A DNA stretch of 57,402 bases, the filler included, from Sphacelaria rigidula (Eukaryota): assembly GCA_964200075.2 (NCBI GenBank). It is 4 parts of 4 records of this genome, joined end to end, with 100 filler letters (N's around TTAATTAATTAA, not from the genome) between each part and the next. Parts side by side here need not be neighbours in the genome. Positions count along the whole stretch, not along the records: positions 1 to 14,277 come from CAXNAA020002340.1; 3 more parts are not named here. The stretch is one strand, 5' to 3'. The notes beneath the pieces are model-generated. The model worked only from the letters and a program-made list of their open reading frames with translations. It was not told where the DNA came from and ran no database searches. This document shows positions 1-12,000 of this stretch, in pieces. How positions within the stretch are numbered: position 1 is the stretch's first letter; every line of letters begins with the position of its first letter. The position numbers and the translations under genes are program-made.

Positions 1-722
1 CTTGCGTCACCCCCGGGAGGCCCGTACCAACCTCCCGAAGGGGAACCTTGTAGCATGTATATATATGTACCATGTGTTCTCTGTTGGCAGCTTCCTCCAT
101 GACAAGGAAATACTCTGGTACTATGCCTGAAGTAGAGTGAACACACTCCATATTTGCGGGTATGAAAACCACATGTCGTCAAGATCTTGATATGATACAC
201 AAGACATGGAAGGGCCCATCTATTTCTTGAGCACTTGAATTCTTCGTAATTAGTTTCCTACGCAGCACGCTGCACAGGTACCTCGCGTGCTCTTCTTCAA
301 CTCGCAGCGAGAACTTCGCAGCGTGTGCCACCTCCCGCTTGACGCTCAGGTTGCCCGTAAGATGTTCTTAACTTAGATGTGGAACTAGCGAGCGCAATCG
401 TAGGCACACAGCCCAAGAGTAATCCACCCAGGGTGTTCGTCAGGTGTAAGACCCACGAGTGATCCGCCCAGGGTATACAGCCGACAAGTCACCCCAGCGC
501 AGGGAGTTATGGCGTATGCAGCCCACAGGTGACCCACGGAGGGTGTTCGTAGGGTGTCGAACCCGCGGAGAATGTAATCAGCTGAACGTTCGTATTCAGG
601 CTTGTCATACGTGCTGCCTAACGCAACTGCTAGTATACCCCCGACCGTACCTACTTTGTCCCCATTATTTTCTCCTTATTCGTCCTCCTGCCTCTCTTCT
701 CACACACTGTCTTCCTGTAAAG

Positions 723-3700
723 GTCCAACAGGCGGCGAGGCGAAAGGAAGCGCTGCTTCAGAGCACTGCTGCCACGGTGGAGCTGACAGCCGCGGCCACC
801 ACATCAAACACCGCCCTTTCTCAAGGTGGCGATACACGAAAGGCTGTTGATTCGTTTGGGCTGTGCGTGGCCGGCGAATCTCACCAAGGACCCGGGAACC
901 TGCCAGCGAGCGACCGTCCAATGCAGCAGGTATCATTTCGACCGAGTAATCCCTTGTGCCACCCATCTAGCCGTCAAAACGGCGAGGTCATCCCACCGAG
1001 TGAGAATCAAGCAAACCTTGCTGAACATTCGGATGACGGCGCTCAAACTGGCAACGACACTACCAACAGCAGCAGTACGCCAGACTTACTGAACCTCCTT
1101 GTTGAGACGTGCGCCGCACCGCCGTCCTACACCCTCGGCTCAGGCCTTGCAACGCTTGGCGGAGAAGTTTGTAGCTCCGCTATGCACATGTTTGGGCTGC
1201 TTTCGGCTACCCTGTTCGAGGTGACGGGCGGTCCGCATGGGGGGGTGGAACGCGTGGCCGCCGCACGACACGACGATGGCGACGGCAGGCTACCTACTGC
1301 CGCTGTTGCTCAAGACGGTAGCACTGCCGAGCCTTTGGTGGGGGCGGCTGTAGCAGCTGCGGCGGCTCCCACCGCCGCGATGGAATGGGACGTTACCCAA
1401 CGGGAGCTCATCGGTGAAGGTACCGTGGGAATCGCAGCGCAGTCGGCGCGCCCGGTCTGCGTTGAGATGGTTACCCCGTTGGAAGCAGGCAACGGTATGT
1501 CCTCATCGGACGACCGGGCGGCATCATTGTTGGCACAGCAGGAGGGGCACGGCGTGAGGACGCGTTCCGCCGTCAGTAGGGTCGCCGGCGCTGCGATTTC
1601 GACGGTGCTGTGCGTCCCTATCATGCTTCAAACGGCACCTACTGCGTTGGGTGGCGGGGGTCAAGGGTCGAGGACAAGCACCAGTGTCGAGGTGGTCGGA
1701 GTGCTGCGAGCGGTGCGTGTCGGCTCCCGTGCCTTCGCGGGGGATGACGCCAGGGCGCTGTCCGCCTTCTGCGGCCAATTAGCCCTTGTTATGTCGGCCG
1801 AGCGGACGCTAGCGGAGGTCCGTGCCGGGGCGGCGGCAAGTGCAGCCAAGGAGGCGCGGTTGCTACGCAGACAGGCCTGCCGAAAGGTCCTGAGGCTGTT
1901 CGCGGAAGGCGCCGTCGCTGACTCGTTCCTGCGTGACAAGCATCAGGCTGCTGCGGTGGGGCATGGGCAGGAGCGAGCAAGCTCAACATGTGGTGTCGAG
2001 CGTGATGCATGCAGTGTATCGGACCTGATGCTCTGGAGAAGCGTGGCAAAAGTCGCGGCCGAAACTCTTCGGTGCGAGAGCGTCGATCTCTTGCATGTCG
2101 CCTCGCTTGTCCCGCGGGCTGTGGGTGGCAGCCCCAGCAGTGGCGGTGGGGCCGCCCGGGTAGCGGACCTGTTGGGTCGGCAGTATGCGAGCTCTCGCTC
2201 GTTCCGGCGGCGATCATCATGCAGCTCGCTCGTAGGTCCGCCAGTGTCGAGCGACGACGGCGCACCAAACTCGAAAGATAGCGGTGGTGGCAGCCAACGA
2301 ACCGGTGAAAAGGAGATGGTCACATGGTTGTGCGCGCCTGTCTTGGGCGCCCGCGCAGAGAGTGGAGGCCGCGGCGAGACTGCGGCGGCGACCGCGGTGA
2401 CGGGTGCGAAGGGAGCCGAGACAGCGCGGAGATTCAGAGGAGCGAGTTTGGTGTGCTGTGCTGTCAACAAGGATGGGGGTAGGAGCTTCGATGATGTGGA
2501 CGAGGTGCGTGGGACGAGAGCGAGGCTTCCGCCCCTGTACTATGTAAGACTGCATACAAATAACATACCACAACCAAGTGTACCCCTGACTCGTACAGTA
2601 ATGCCAGCCAACTTTTGAGGATTATTCTATCGGCTGGACAGTTTCGGCATATTAGAAAGGTGGTGGCTATCTGTGTGGCCCTGCCTCTGGCCTGTGGTGG
2701 AGAGTTTCGTGTGCAGTAGGCCTTTCACTCGAACGGGGTATTCGTACCATTATTATGACACGAACAAGTCGGTCTATCGTTTTCGGCAAGTGAGGTAGGT
2801 ATATGCATTGCGTGTGGACTGGGTCGTGTATGCTAGCAGTAGCGTATCGAATCCCAAGTCACCCTACAGTCACGTCACCCTACAGTATAGTGAACAGTCC
2901 AGGCACAGAATATTGCCAAACGGGTAGTACAGACCGTTACAGTGCAGCGCAGCAGATGGCAGCACAGAACAATACCGCACAGACAGCACGGGGCACGTGA
3001 CGGTACAATGTACCGCAATACGCCACAGTACAGCATATATAGCACGTGTTGAACAGCACGACACATCATATCAACTGTACTGAATTGAGCACCATGGTGC
3101 ACACATCTTAGTTCAACGTGTAAATCATTGCGATCCTATATCATGAACCGCACAAAATTTTATGACCAGTAGCTTGTAGTCCTCGGTCGGTCGTCACTCC
3201 TGTCGAAGGCGCAGCTATGGCCTAGCGGGTTGGGTTTGCGTCGGTGACTTAGGTATCTTCGTGTCACACATGCATGTACGTGTGGTGTTGTAGCACGCCC
3301 AAGCACCGTCACACGTGAGCGCGTTCCATTTTGTATTCTGTAGTTGGTGTCACTGACGTGCTTCTCAAGAGGTATCGTGTTCTGCGTTCCGAAACTGTGG
3401 ACGACCATTCCGCCACGAGCCCCTGTTCCTCACCCTGGTTTTCTCGCATCTCCGCAAGGGTGCTTTATCACCTCCCCCCTTTAATCCGAATGTATATTCC
3501 TGCTGCCCCCCCGAACAACCCCCGTCCTTGCAAAAAAACGTAGGTGCTGCTGGGAACTATCGCTGCGTTGTACGGTGTAGCGTTGTCGTGGATAAAAGCG
3601 CCGTCACCACATACTCATCGCGTTAACGCTGGTGCAGCCAACCGACGGTACAGCCGAGATGCGGGTGCCAGCACGGAGCCTCTCCACTCTCTGGCGAGCC

Positions 3701-5406
3701 ACGGCTGTGTGCAGGGCTTGGGCGCAGTTAATAAGAGGGCAGTATCTACGCAGACAGTAAATAGCAGCAGACGCACCGAGGAGATTCCGGGAGAAGCAAA
3801 TGGTTTCGCCGGATATCCGCCAACGGGGCATGCTAGCCAAAACAGGTCTGACCTGAGCATGCTGGGCGTGGTGGTACCGTCCCAAGCGACTTTCAGGGGA
3901 GCCTCGGTGGGTTTCGTGCCACGAAACTCCGCCGCCCCGCGTATATTGCATCAACAGAGAAATGCCGCGAATGTAGCACCAGCTGCTCCTCCTGTAACTG
4001 CTGCTGCTGCTGCGCACGAGTTCCGGGCTGATGGATGGATGGACACAACGAACGCTCTTCCGCAAAGATCAGTAGTAGCGGGGCCTCCCCGTGTCCAGCA
4101 TCGCGGCAGAGACGAGGAGAACGAACTTGAACGGCACAGGGCGGCTCTTGATGGCGCCGACAAGGTCGATGTCGCCGACGTCAAAGAAGTGGAAGGGAAT
4201 GCCAAGCTCAGAAAACGGGCGGACAGGGCAGAGCGGATGCTTGAGGCCACGCGAGAGCGTTTAAATCGTGCCCTCGAAGACGGTGTGTCGAACGCCGCTG
4301 CTGGGGCTACCGCGGCTACTGCTGCTTCCGCTTCTGTTCCCGCTGTTGCTGCTGATTCGGTTAGTGGAGGTTCGGCCGAGGGGAAAGGCGATGCTTGTGC
4401 TAACCGTCACGATGAAGAAGAAAGGTCGTCGGTATTCATTGGTCGTCGGCGACCACCGTTGTCAGGAGAATCGGAGAGCAGTAATGGCACCACGGATCGG
4501 AGTCGACAGCATTACCACAGGAGGTCGACAAGCACAAGGCGAAGAAAGAATCGCAACAAAAAAGATGAAACGATACCATTTCTTCAAACTGGCGGACGGC
4601 AGCCTTACTCAGACACTGATTCTTCTTCGCACGCTGTTTCTGCTCTATCGCTTGGGGGTTACTACTCCAGCGACGGGGTGGATCGACGGGGGCGGGATCT
4701 GCGATCAACGCGCCCTTTGGGATTGTCATCACGAGGAGAGCGTGGTGATGACTTTGATGCCCGCCAACCCCGCACAGCTTCGGCTGCCCCTGGTAATCGC
4801 AGGACCCGGTCGCAACGATACTCTGACGAGGACGATCGTGCAGGTGCCGATGAGCGGGGCGCTGGTTCAAGCGACCGACGTCGGAGGAGAGGGCGGACGG
4901 AGCTGCGCGCGAGCGATTTGGCGCGCATGCGCGAGGTCGTCGCACAGCTGCGGATTGCCACGGCCCAATTGGAAGCGGAGCGCTGTCGACGGCCTGCTAG
5001 CGCCCCCGAACAGTATAGAGTAGTGAGGGAAAGATCGGGATATAGGGAAAGAGGACACGGACAAGAGTGGGAGCGACATCTTCCGCCGCTTGCTGGCGCC
5101 AGTAAAGAACGTTGCCGTACAATATCGCCACCCCGCGGCCTACACGATGGCGGGAGGGGATCTGCCCTGCCGACAGAGTCATCAGCGGCAGGTACAGATG
5201 GAGTGTGCGGGGGACGGGCGGCAGCGGAGGCGGAGGCCGCAGCCCTCATACGAGAGAACGCCAGCCTGCGTAAAAAACTCAACGGTCTCGTTGCTTTGGA
5301 GAAGTTAGAGGGGCGAGCGGTCCGTCGGGGTTTGTTACCGTTGTCTGGCGGGGGCGGGGTAGTCCCGGAGGGCGACTTTTTTTCTTCTCACTCTCTGCTA
5401 CCTTGA
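723..5406 (+). CDS. 5'-partial gene for a tandem GAF-domain protein with a low-complexity/coiled-coil C-terminus; last two exons 723-2504 and 3544-5406
   Basis: Polypyrimidine tract and AG at 721-722, GT donor at 2505, AG at 3542-3543, all phase 0; TGA at 5404-5406. GAF 1: ISTVLCVPIM...VVGVLRAV...AFAGDDARALSAFCGQLAL. GAF 2 is completed only after splicing: WLCAPVL...CCAVNKDGGRSFDDVDE|VLLGTIAALYGVAL (NKFDE-type signature). Confidence 0.8.
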
Positions 5407-6464
5407 GCGAACTTCGAAGAGAGGGATCGAGCGCGGCGATAATGGTTGATGCCTAGTAGAAGATGGTTTGTTCTTAATTGGTGTAGATATAGCATGTATA
5501 CAGGTATGTTCCCCTTGGGCTTGCGACCGTCGTTTCGTGCGTTCGCGATGTATATTGATGTTTATGTTGTCGGTGCTTGATGGTGTAGAATTCAATGTCC
5601 CGGGTGCTACGGGTGTAATTTTGATGGTGCACGTTTTTCGATTTCCGCAATGGGGCACAAGTAATTTTAGAATCGGGTACCCTAACGCGGTGTTGATCCT
5701 GCGGGAAGTGATATCAAAAGGCGGGAGAGGGGAAAAGGTCGTACAGTACGAGTAGTTGTGTCGTGCAACTCTCAGGCAATCACAAACAAGAGGGGCATGT
5801 ACCATGGTTGGGCGGTGTCGGTGGCAAGTGAGCGGCGTTGTTGGGAAACCCTGTACATGGGGGATAATGAAAGCAGCTGCCAGTAGTTTCAACGGATGTA
5901 AAGAGGGGGGCGACGAGGTATGTACGCCTCATTTGTGTGCTGTAGATGTGAAACCAGTCAATCTATCGTGAACGTGTACGCAAACCTCTCCGCATGTCCT
6001 TCACATGCACGTGCTTTGTATAATAGTTTCTGTGTCTCGTGCTGACGTGCCGATGTAGTGACTCACTTACTTGATTCGTTCTGGCTCATTCAGGCACTCG
6101 ACACTGGCGGTAGATTGTAACAATATGAACCAGTGGTTGTCACGTATCAAGAGGTACACTTGGTGGAGCGCACGCATGATGCGTCCATGTCAAGGACCGT
6201 TCCCCAGCAACTCTCAGACACCGCCATCGATACTAGAAGCCCATCCATACAATTGAGGTAGTCAAGAGAATGGAACCCAACATCCAATGCCATATTTTTT
6301 ATGCAGTTCGAAATCTTCTTCTCCATGCAGTAGAAACTCGAGCATTACCCGGGGTCTCGATGAACATATGCTGCATCAAGTATATGAGGAAAGCAACATT
6401 GACAGCACCGACTACCAGCCTGCCGCCAAGAGGAGACAAACTCAATACGCCCGCCAATCCAAAA

Positions 6465-7155
6465 TCAACCGCTGGCTGTGCCGGCTGTTTGAGGACGGCC
6501 AAGCGCCTCCTCAATCGCGGCAGCAGTGCCAGAGGCAACCGCCATAGCCTCCGTCACACCAAATTCTCCATTCACACCGTTCATCCCCACTCCCGCTGAT
6601 TCGTTGACACCGCCAACTATACTCCCGACCGACGAAATGCACGCCGAACCGTCGCATGTTTCACCACCCGTTAAGAGGGACCGGTTTTTGGTACGGTGTA
6701 GCGGGCGCTGTGATTGCTGCTCTTGTTTGCAAAGTAGTAATGGCTTATGCGTTCCCAAACCTTCGCTGCCGGTTACCGCCGCCACTGTTTCACGATCGTT
6801 AGAGTCAGGCGGAATATCAGCAGCCCTATTGTCGCTGTTGCGGTTGCTTTGTCGTCCCTCCGATACCAGGGCGCGCTGTGTGTCCACCCCTCCTGCATTT
6901 CCCCTTATACTTGAGGGACTTCTCGTACCACTCCAGTCGCCGTCGCTTGCTGGATTTGACCCAGTCAGTTTTTCGGGCTTGAATCCGAAGCCTCGTAGGC
7001 ATTCCAATGCCTGGCCACGCATACTTCCAGCTACACGGGTCGCTACGGTTGGTCCTAGGCGATTGTCCGTGACCAAGAGCTCTCTCAAGCGACCGCAATT
7101 TCCGGCGAGGCCCGCCGCCAGGAAGACACCCCCTTCGGGTCCGAGGTTGTTTGCT
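6465..7155 (-). CDS. Terminal exon of a leucine-rich repeat protein (ribonuclease-inhibitor-like LRR) with a low-complexity tail; upstream exons not found in this contig
   Basis: Minus-strand pyrimidine tract and AG at 7157-7156. Translation ANNLGPEGGVFLAAGLAGNCGRLRELLVTDNRLGPTVATRVA fits the RI-like consensus LxxLxLxxNxLGxxGxxxLA. Frame stays open to the stop at 6465. Confidence 0.65.
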
Positions 7156-7761
7156 CTAATCCGGAAGTGTAAGGGAAAGGAGGGGAGGGGAGGGGTCAGC
7201 ACGGGTCAAGTCTTGGCGGTGAATGTTAGCACGCACCACACGCTTCTCTCAGCGGGACGAAAACAGTGAAAGCGTAGTATTTGCTGTAAGGGACTGAATT
7301 GAACGGTATATGAAGAGCAACTCTGGACGATGGTTTCTTGCGTGCGGAATTTGTTTCGAAAGGCTGGAATTTATACATAGTCGAACGCACTGCTTAAACA
7401 ACATGTCCTAGCGCATGAGTAATCATCAGTACTCAAAGCATGCTCACCTTGTTGTCCTGCTCTCTTACAAAGGACAGCTTATTGGCAAGGAACCAGATGC
7501 ACTATGCACAGGCTGATTCACGGAAGATACCATGGTTCATAAGAATCAGGGTTCATACGGGTTGATTCGCCATGAATGTTGACTGCGAATCATGTATTAG
7601 AGAATCATCCGATATGAACGAAGGATGGTCAAGTTGTACGCTCAGGGTTGTACCTCACGAATCACGAACTAGGAATGTATACACTCCAAGTAGTGTCACA
7701 CGAATCAAGAGTGCACAATACGAGTCACAATTTCTGAATGATTCAATGGATTGAAACACCT

Positions 7762-8000
7762 ACACTTGACGAATCTCGCATAAATCGCAGGTGGAGAATA
7801 TGCGCACTTGATCCATCTCGTACGAATGGAAGGTGGAGAATGTGTACGTATAATTCATGCTGCATGAATGGAAATTGGGAAGCATGTACACTTTATTCGT
7901 CTCTTATGGGTGGAAGGCGGAGAACATGTGGGTGTTACTCATGCTGCATGAATGGAAATTGGCAAACCTGCACGCTTGATTCACATCGTATGAATGGAAG
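7762..8000. repeat. Degenerate 42-bp minisatellite, left block (~6 units)
   Basis: Units resemble CACTTGATCCATCTCGTACGAATGGAAGGTGGAGAATGTGTA; visible as a 14-aa periodicity in ORF 7738-8232. Confidence 0.75.
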
Positions 8001-8049
8001 TTTTCGTACTACTGTTCTCTGTTGTCCGCTGTACAGATTGTACAGTAGT

Positions 8050-8580
8050 ATACTGTGCCGTGCTGTGCTGTGCTGCACTGTACTCTCCGCTGACCGCAGT
8101 GGGCGCTACCGGAGTGCTTCGGAAAACTCCCGCGAAAATACGCGGGCGACTTTTGCAGTACCGGCGCTGTCCGAAGCTGTCTTCGTCCTGCTTTATATTT
8201 TCAGGCCAGCTGTACCGCAGAACAAAACATGACACCGCAAAAACACCATCAATAGCTTAGCTCGGGAAAATAAATGTAAACAAGAATCACTCTAGGCACG
8301 CAGATGCCTGCTGTGCTATGCTGTGCTGTGCTGTGCTGTACCTTACTGTCTGCGAACTGTAGTGTGCACTGCTGGAGTTTCCCAAAAACTCCCGGAAACG
8401 TGCGGGGACGACTCGAGCTGGTGCTGTCGTCGCAGGTCTTTGTGGTATTCCATACTGTATGTTCAGGCCAAATGTGCCTCAGAGCAAGATATGGAGCCAC
8501 AAAGGCTGTCAATAGCATGGGTCGGGAAAACAAAGAGGTGGAAGAACCACTCTGGGCACGCAGACGCGTGTGCTGTACCA
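8050..8580. repeat. Two tandem ~260-bp units, each starting with (GCTGT)n, inserted into the minisatellite
   Basis: Both units share ordered anchors: GCTGTGCTGTGCTG, AAAACTCCCG, GCGGGxGAC, CAGGCCA, TCAATAGC, TCGGGAAAA, CACTCTxGGCACGCAGA. Confidence 0.7.
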
Positions 8581-8739
8581 TGTCTGATGTGTTGTATCAC
8601 GTGTGAGTACAATATTTGAAATTGGGTTTATCGTGGATTTAGCTCTGAAGGCGTTCGCGACCTGCACGGTCTTGTCGGCCTACCTCGCCTTCAACAAGGC
8701 CGCGCCACCCGAAGAGTCGCGCCCCGTGAAATGACAGGT

Positions 8740-9010
8740 GAGAACAGCATGTTCTCATGATTTACGTCACATGAAAAAAAGGCGGGAAACCTGTACATGT
8801 CATTCATGCCGCATGAATGAAAAGTGGGGAGCATGTACACTTGATCCATCTCGTATGAGAGGAAGGTGGGCAACATGTGCCCATGATTCGTGCTGAATAA
8901 GTGTAGATTGGGAACATGTACCTATGACTCATACCATATATGACTGGAAGGTGGGAAACACGTCTCTATGGTTCATACCATGAGAATGGGAGGTAGGAAA
9001 CGTGTACCTT
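8740..9010. repeat. Degenerate 42-bp minisatellite, right block
   Basis: Same unit as 7762-8000, e.g. CATGTACACTTGATCCATCTCGTATGAGAGGAAGGTGGGCAA at ~8832-8873. Confidence 0.7.
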
Positions 9011-12000
9011 CGACGGTGTACCTCACAAATCACGAACTACTGGGAATGTGCACACTTCAAGTAGTGTCGCACGAATCACGAGCGCAAAACATGTACCAAC
9101 CAATCAAAACCTGTGTACGAATCGTATGATTGATTGGTACAAAAGTTGAATATGAGTCGAATCACGATTTTTTGTGTCTGAACCGTGGGAAGATACGGAA
9201 AACAAGTGCTGGCCATCGTGTCCTACACGCGCACAAAATCGATCAATACAAAAGCAAGTATGTGAATACTCCTCGGTATATAGGGAACAAACTGACGTGG
9301 TCTCTTTGTCAGTGGCGGGTCGTGATAGGGCGCTCTAATAGGTGCGTGTAAAACAAATGGTCTCGCGGCGAGAGGAGGATTTCGTGTGGTTGAATCTGCG
9401 AAAACCAATTTCGTCGCTGTCCATGCCATGTCCTCGTGAATGCGCCGCATGGTTGTGTGCTTGGTGTTCACCGCTTCCAGCCGTGTGCATCCAGCACAAA
9501 GCCACGGAAGGAGCAGAACGCGGTTCGCAGCCCACACACAAAGTTAGTAAGGCGACCTGGGATGAGTTAGGTGAGTTTGGGTCATATAAAGTGCTGCATG
9601 CAGCGGAAGGGGTGCAATTTCATCGCCGAAATCTCACCGTCTGTCCTACAATCTCGGAATATTTTCCCGTTCGCTCCATTTCCTACTGTCGTTTGTAAGG
9701 TTCAGAAAACCTTCCTTTACGCAGATGTTTTCATGCGAAGGGTGAGGTTGCCGGTGTCTCGGTGCTCCTCTGTTTGCCTCGTCTCACCGGGTTTCCGGGG
9801 TCCACGACGATTGTGTGCCCCACATTCCCGAATTGATCTCGATGGGCCATTTTGTGGGGCATCTTATGAAACGCAGAAGAAAATTTCGCGTGTGAGCGTG
9901 TTCCTGCATAAGGCTCGAGGACTCAAAAGTAAAAACGTATTTTCCTGCACTCAATTTCAACGGTTTCTTGGGGTCTCGACCACCCTATTGCCCCACATTC
10001 TCGGAACATATTCACGTTTTTGCTTCATTTTCCTGGGCTTTCTGAAAATGAGAGGGAAAAGATGAAGCTCAAGGTCGCCAGTTCCTGGGTATTTCCCCCC
10101 CCCCACTCGGTTTCATCGGCTCCTTGGGGTCCTCGGTTGCCGGAAATGGTCGGGGACCCAAAGAAACGGCTGAGACCTACAGAAACGTAGAAGCGTGAGG
10201 ACGTTCCCTTCGATCAACACGGATGTGCGATCAATCCCTTTTCGCCTGCCCAATCAGTTAGGTGGTCATCTTAACCCTTGGACCGCGAGGGTAGTCCATC
10301 TGGATCATATATTCTTCTTTCATGTGAAATGGATGCCGATTCAACGGATGACCTACTCTCGCCATGTAGGGAGTGAACACGCCTGATTTTTACACGAAGA
10401 TGTAAAAATCTTGTTTTACACCAACAGCTCGCGCCCAACTTCAAAAGATGTTGAATTAGAATTGACGAAGAAAAAACCGCATTGCGAAGGTCAAATATAT
10501 TTTACCCGTTGATATTTGATTGCCTCATTTTTTTTTGCTAGCGAGGTCACGCATTCCCGATCATTCCCGACAGCAGAGTTCCCTCTTGGAACATCTGTGT
10601 GAAGTTTCGCCTCAATGATCTCGAAAACGAGGGGAGAAATGAACCAAATATTATCTATGATTTATATGGTCCTCGTGGACCAGCCTGGACCACACGCGCG
10701 GATCAGTTTCACGTTCGCTGCATTTCCCACGCCAATATGAAGAGTTTTGAAATGAGATTTATCATGTGTGTTCCTCACCTGACGCTGAAGATCGCCCGTG
10801 GTGTGTATCGTCAAACAACTATCGGATTTACTGGTTTCTTGGGGTCTCTGTTCCCTCATATCGGTGGGGGGCCCTCCGAACGCCGGGTTTGCATGTGATG
10901 AGATAGTCCATACACAAACAGAGACGGGCGCAAAGACTCTCCCAAGAGTTCGAAAATATATCGAAGAGTTCCGGAAGGGCAAAGCCATGCATAAACAGAA
11001 AGCAGCCCAAAACACCACGGCCGCGGGCAACCCATGGAGACAGGGAAAAAGTCACGACAAAAAGGGGCAGCGGTGTCTTGTTGTGAACGTTGCAGACCCA
11101 TGCAGCATTCGTTTCAGTCATCTCTTGTGCCAAGAGCACAGCACACATGTGGCGTTGCGATATTGTAGCGTGATCCCTTTCTTTCATTTCCGTCACACCT
11201 TTGAATCCCTCCCCTTCCTTGGCACGAGTCCGTGGTCTCCACAAATCAGGCTATGTCCTACATCCCACGTGCCATCAGACAGTGCCACGGCAGCAGTGCA
11301 AGCACCCAATATCATGATAATCAACCCCAAGAAGAGCAAAGTCATACTCAGGTGCAGCGCAGTCATGGTATAAGAAATATCGGGGCTGTAGTTGCGCCGA
11401 ACGGCATACAGCAAGCATCAGCGCTGATTTTTGGGGTACCCACGTCCCAAATCTGAAAAACACCGCGATGGAAGATAAATCGTGCAACTTCTCAAATGAA
11501 CAAAAATAGGAAATGTGCCGCAAGACTTGGGTAAAAATAGAAAGGGGGGGGTGCCCTGGTTTCCATCGTTAAGAACGAACCTGAGAAGTAGAACAAACAC
11601 CGTCTAGATACCGCGTGAGATCGCAGGAACATAAGAGGGGTGAATAGAGATTTGGACGGGAGACACGAGTGGGCAAGGAATAGATCCGGCGGACTGGGCC
11701 AAGAGGCTGACGCGGGTTGGGACGGCTATACCCTTCCCGTGAGACCAACGCGCAAGGCATATACCTAGGTATACCCGCAAAGGAGCAAATAGGAACAATG
11801 GAAAGCATGTTTGCTTGGAAAATTAGACGGAGGGCACGATCAGACGGATGGATAATACAAGGAGTAAAGCGTGCGGCTAAAGCTAGGTTCCGTATCGAGG
11901 AGCTCACAGTAGCAACCTACGAAAATCATCCCTTGTTTTTGACGAGACAAAACGAGGCTGGTGATGCTGAGATGATTCTTGCACAGGTTTCCAGTGATGG

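Larger units (their letters stand above)
7531..9187. mobile_element. Non-autonomous TIR DNA transposon with internal 42-bp tandem repeats
   Basis: Termini CATGGTTCA / TGAACCGTG are inverted. GGAAGATAC is duplicated exactly at 7522-7530 and 9188-9196. Subterminal sequences match the element at 54758-55293. Confidence 0.8.

Noticed and set aside
459-722. N-terminal part of the 719-aa ORF, and its tail 2505-2618
   Set aside because: Non-ATG start. The sequence is intron-like, with a pyrimidine tract and AG at 721-722, and a GT donor at 2505 where the GAF motif breaks.
6526-7269. 247-aa + strand ORF, and the many antisense ORFs over 700-5300
   Set aside because: Shadow frames of GC-rich exons on the opposite strand or frame; no recognisable motifs.
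7762-9010. CRISPR-like array
   Set aside because: Units are contiguous, degenerate 42-mers without unique spacers; there are no cas genes and the context is eukaryotic.
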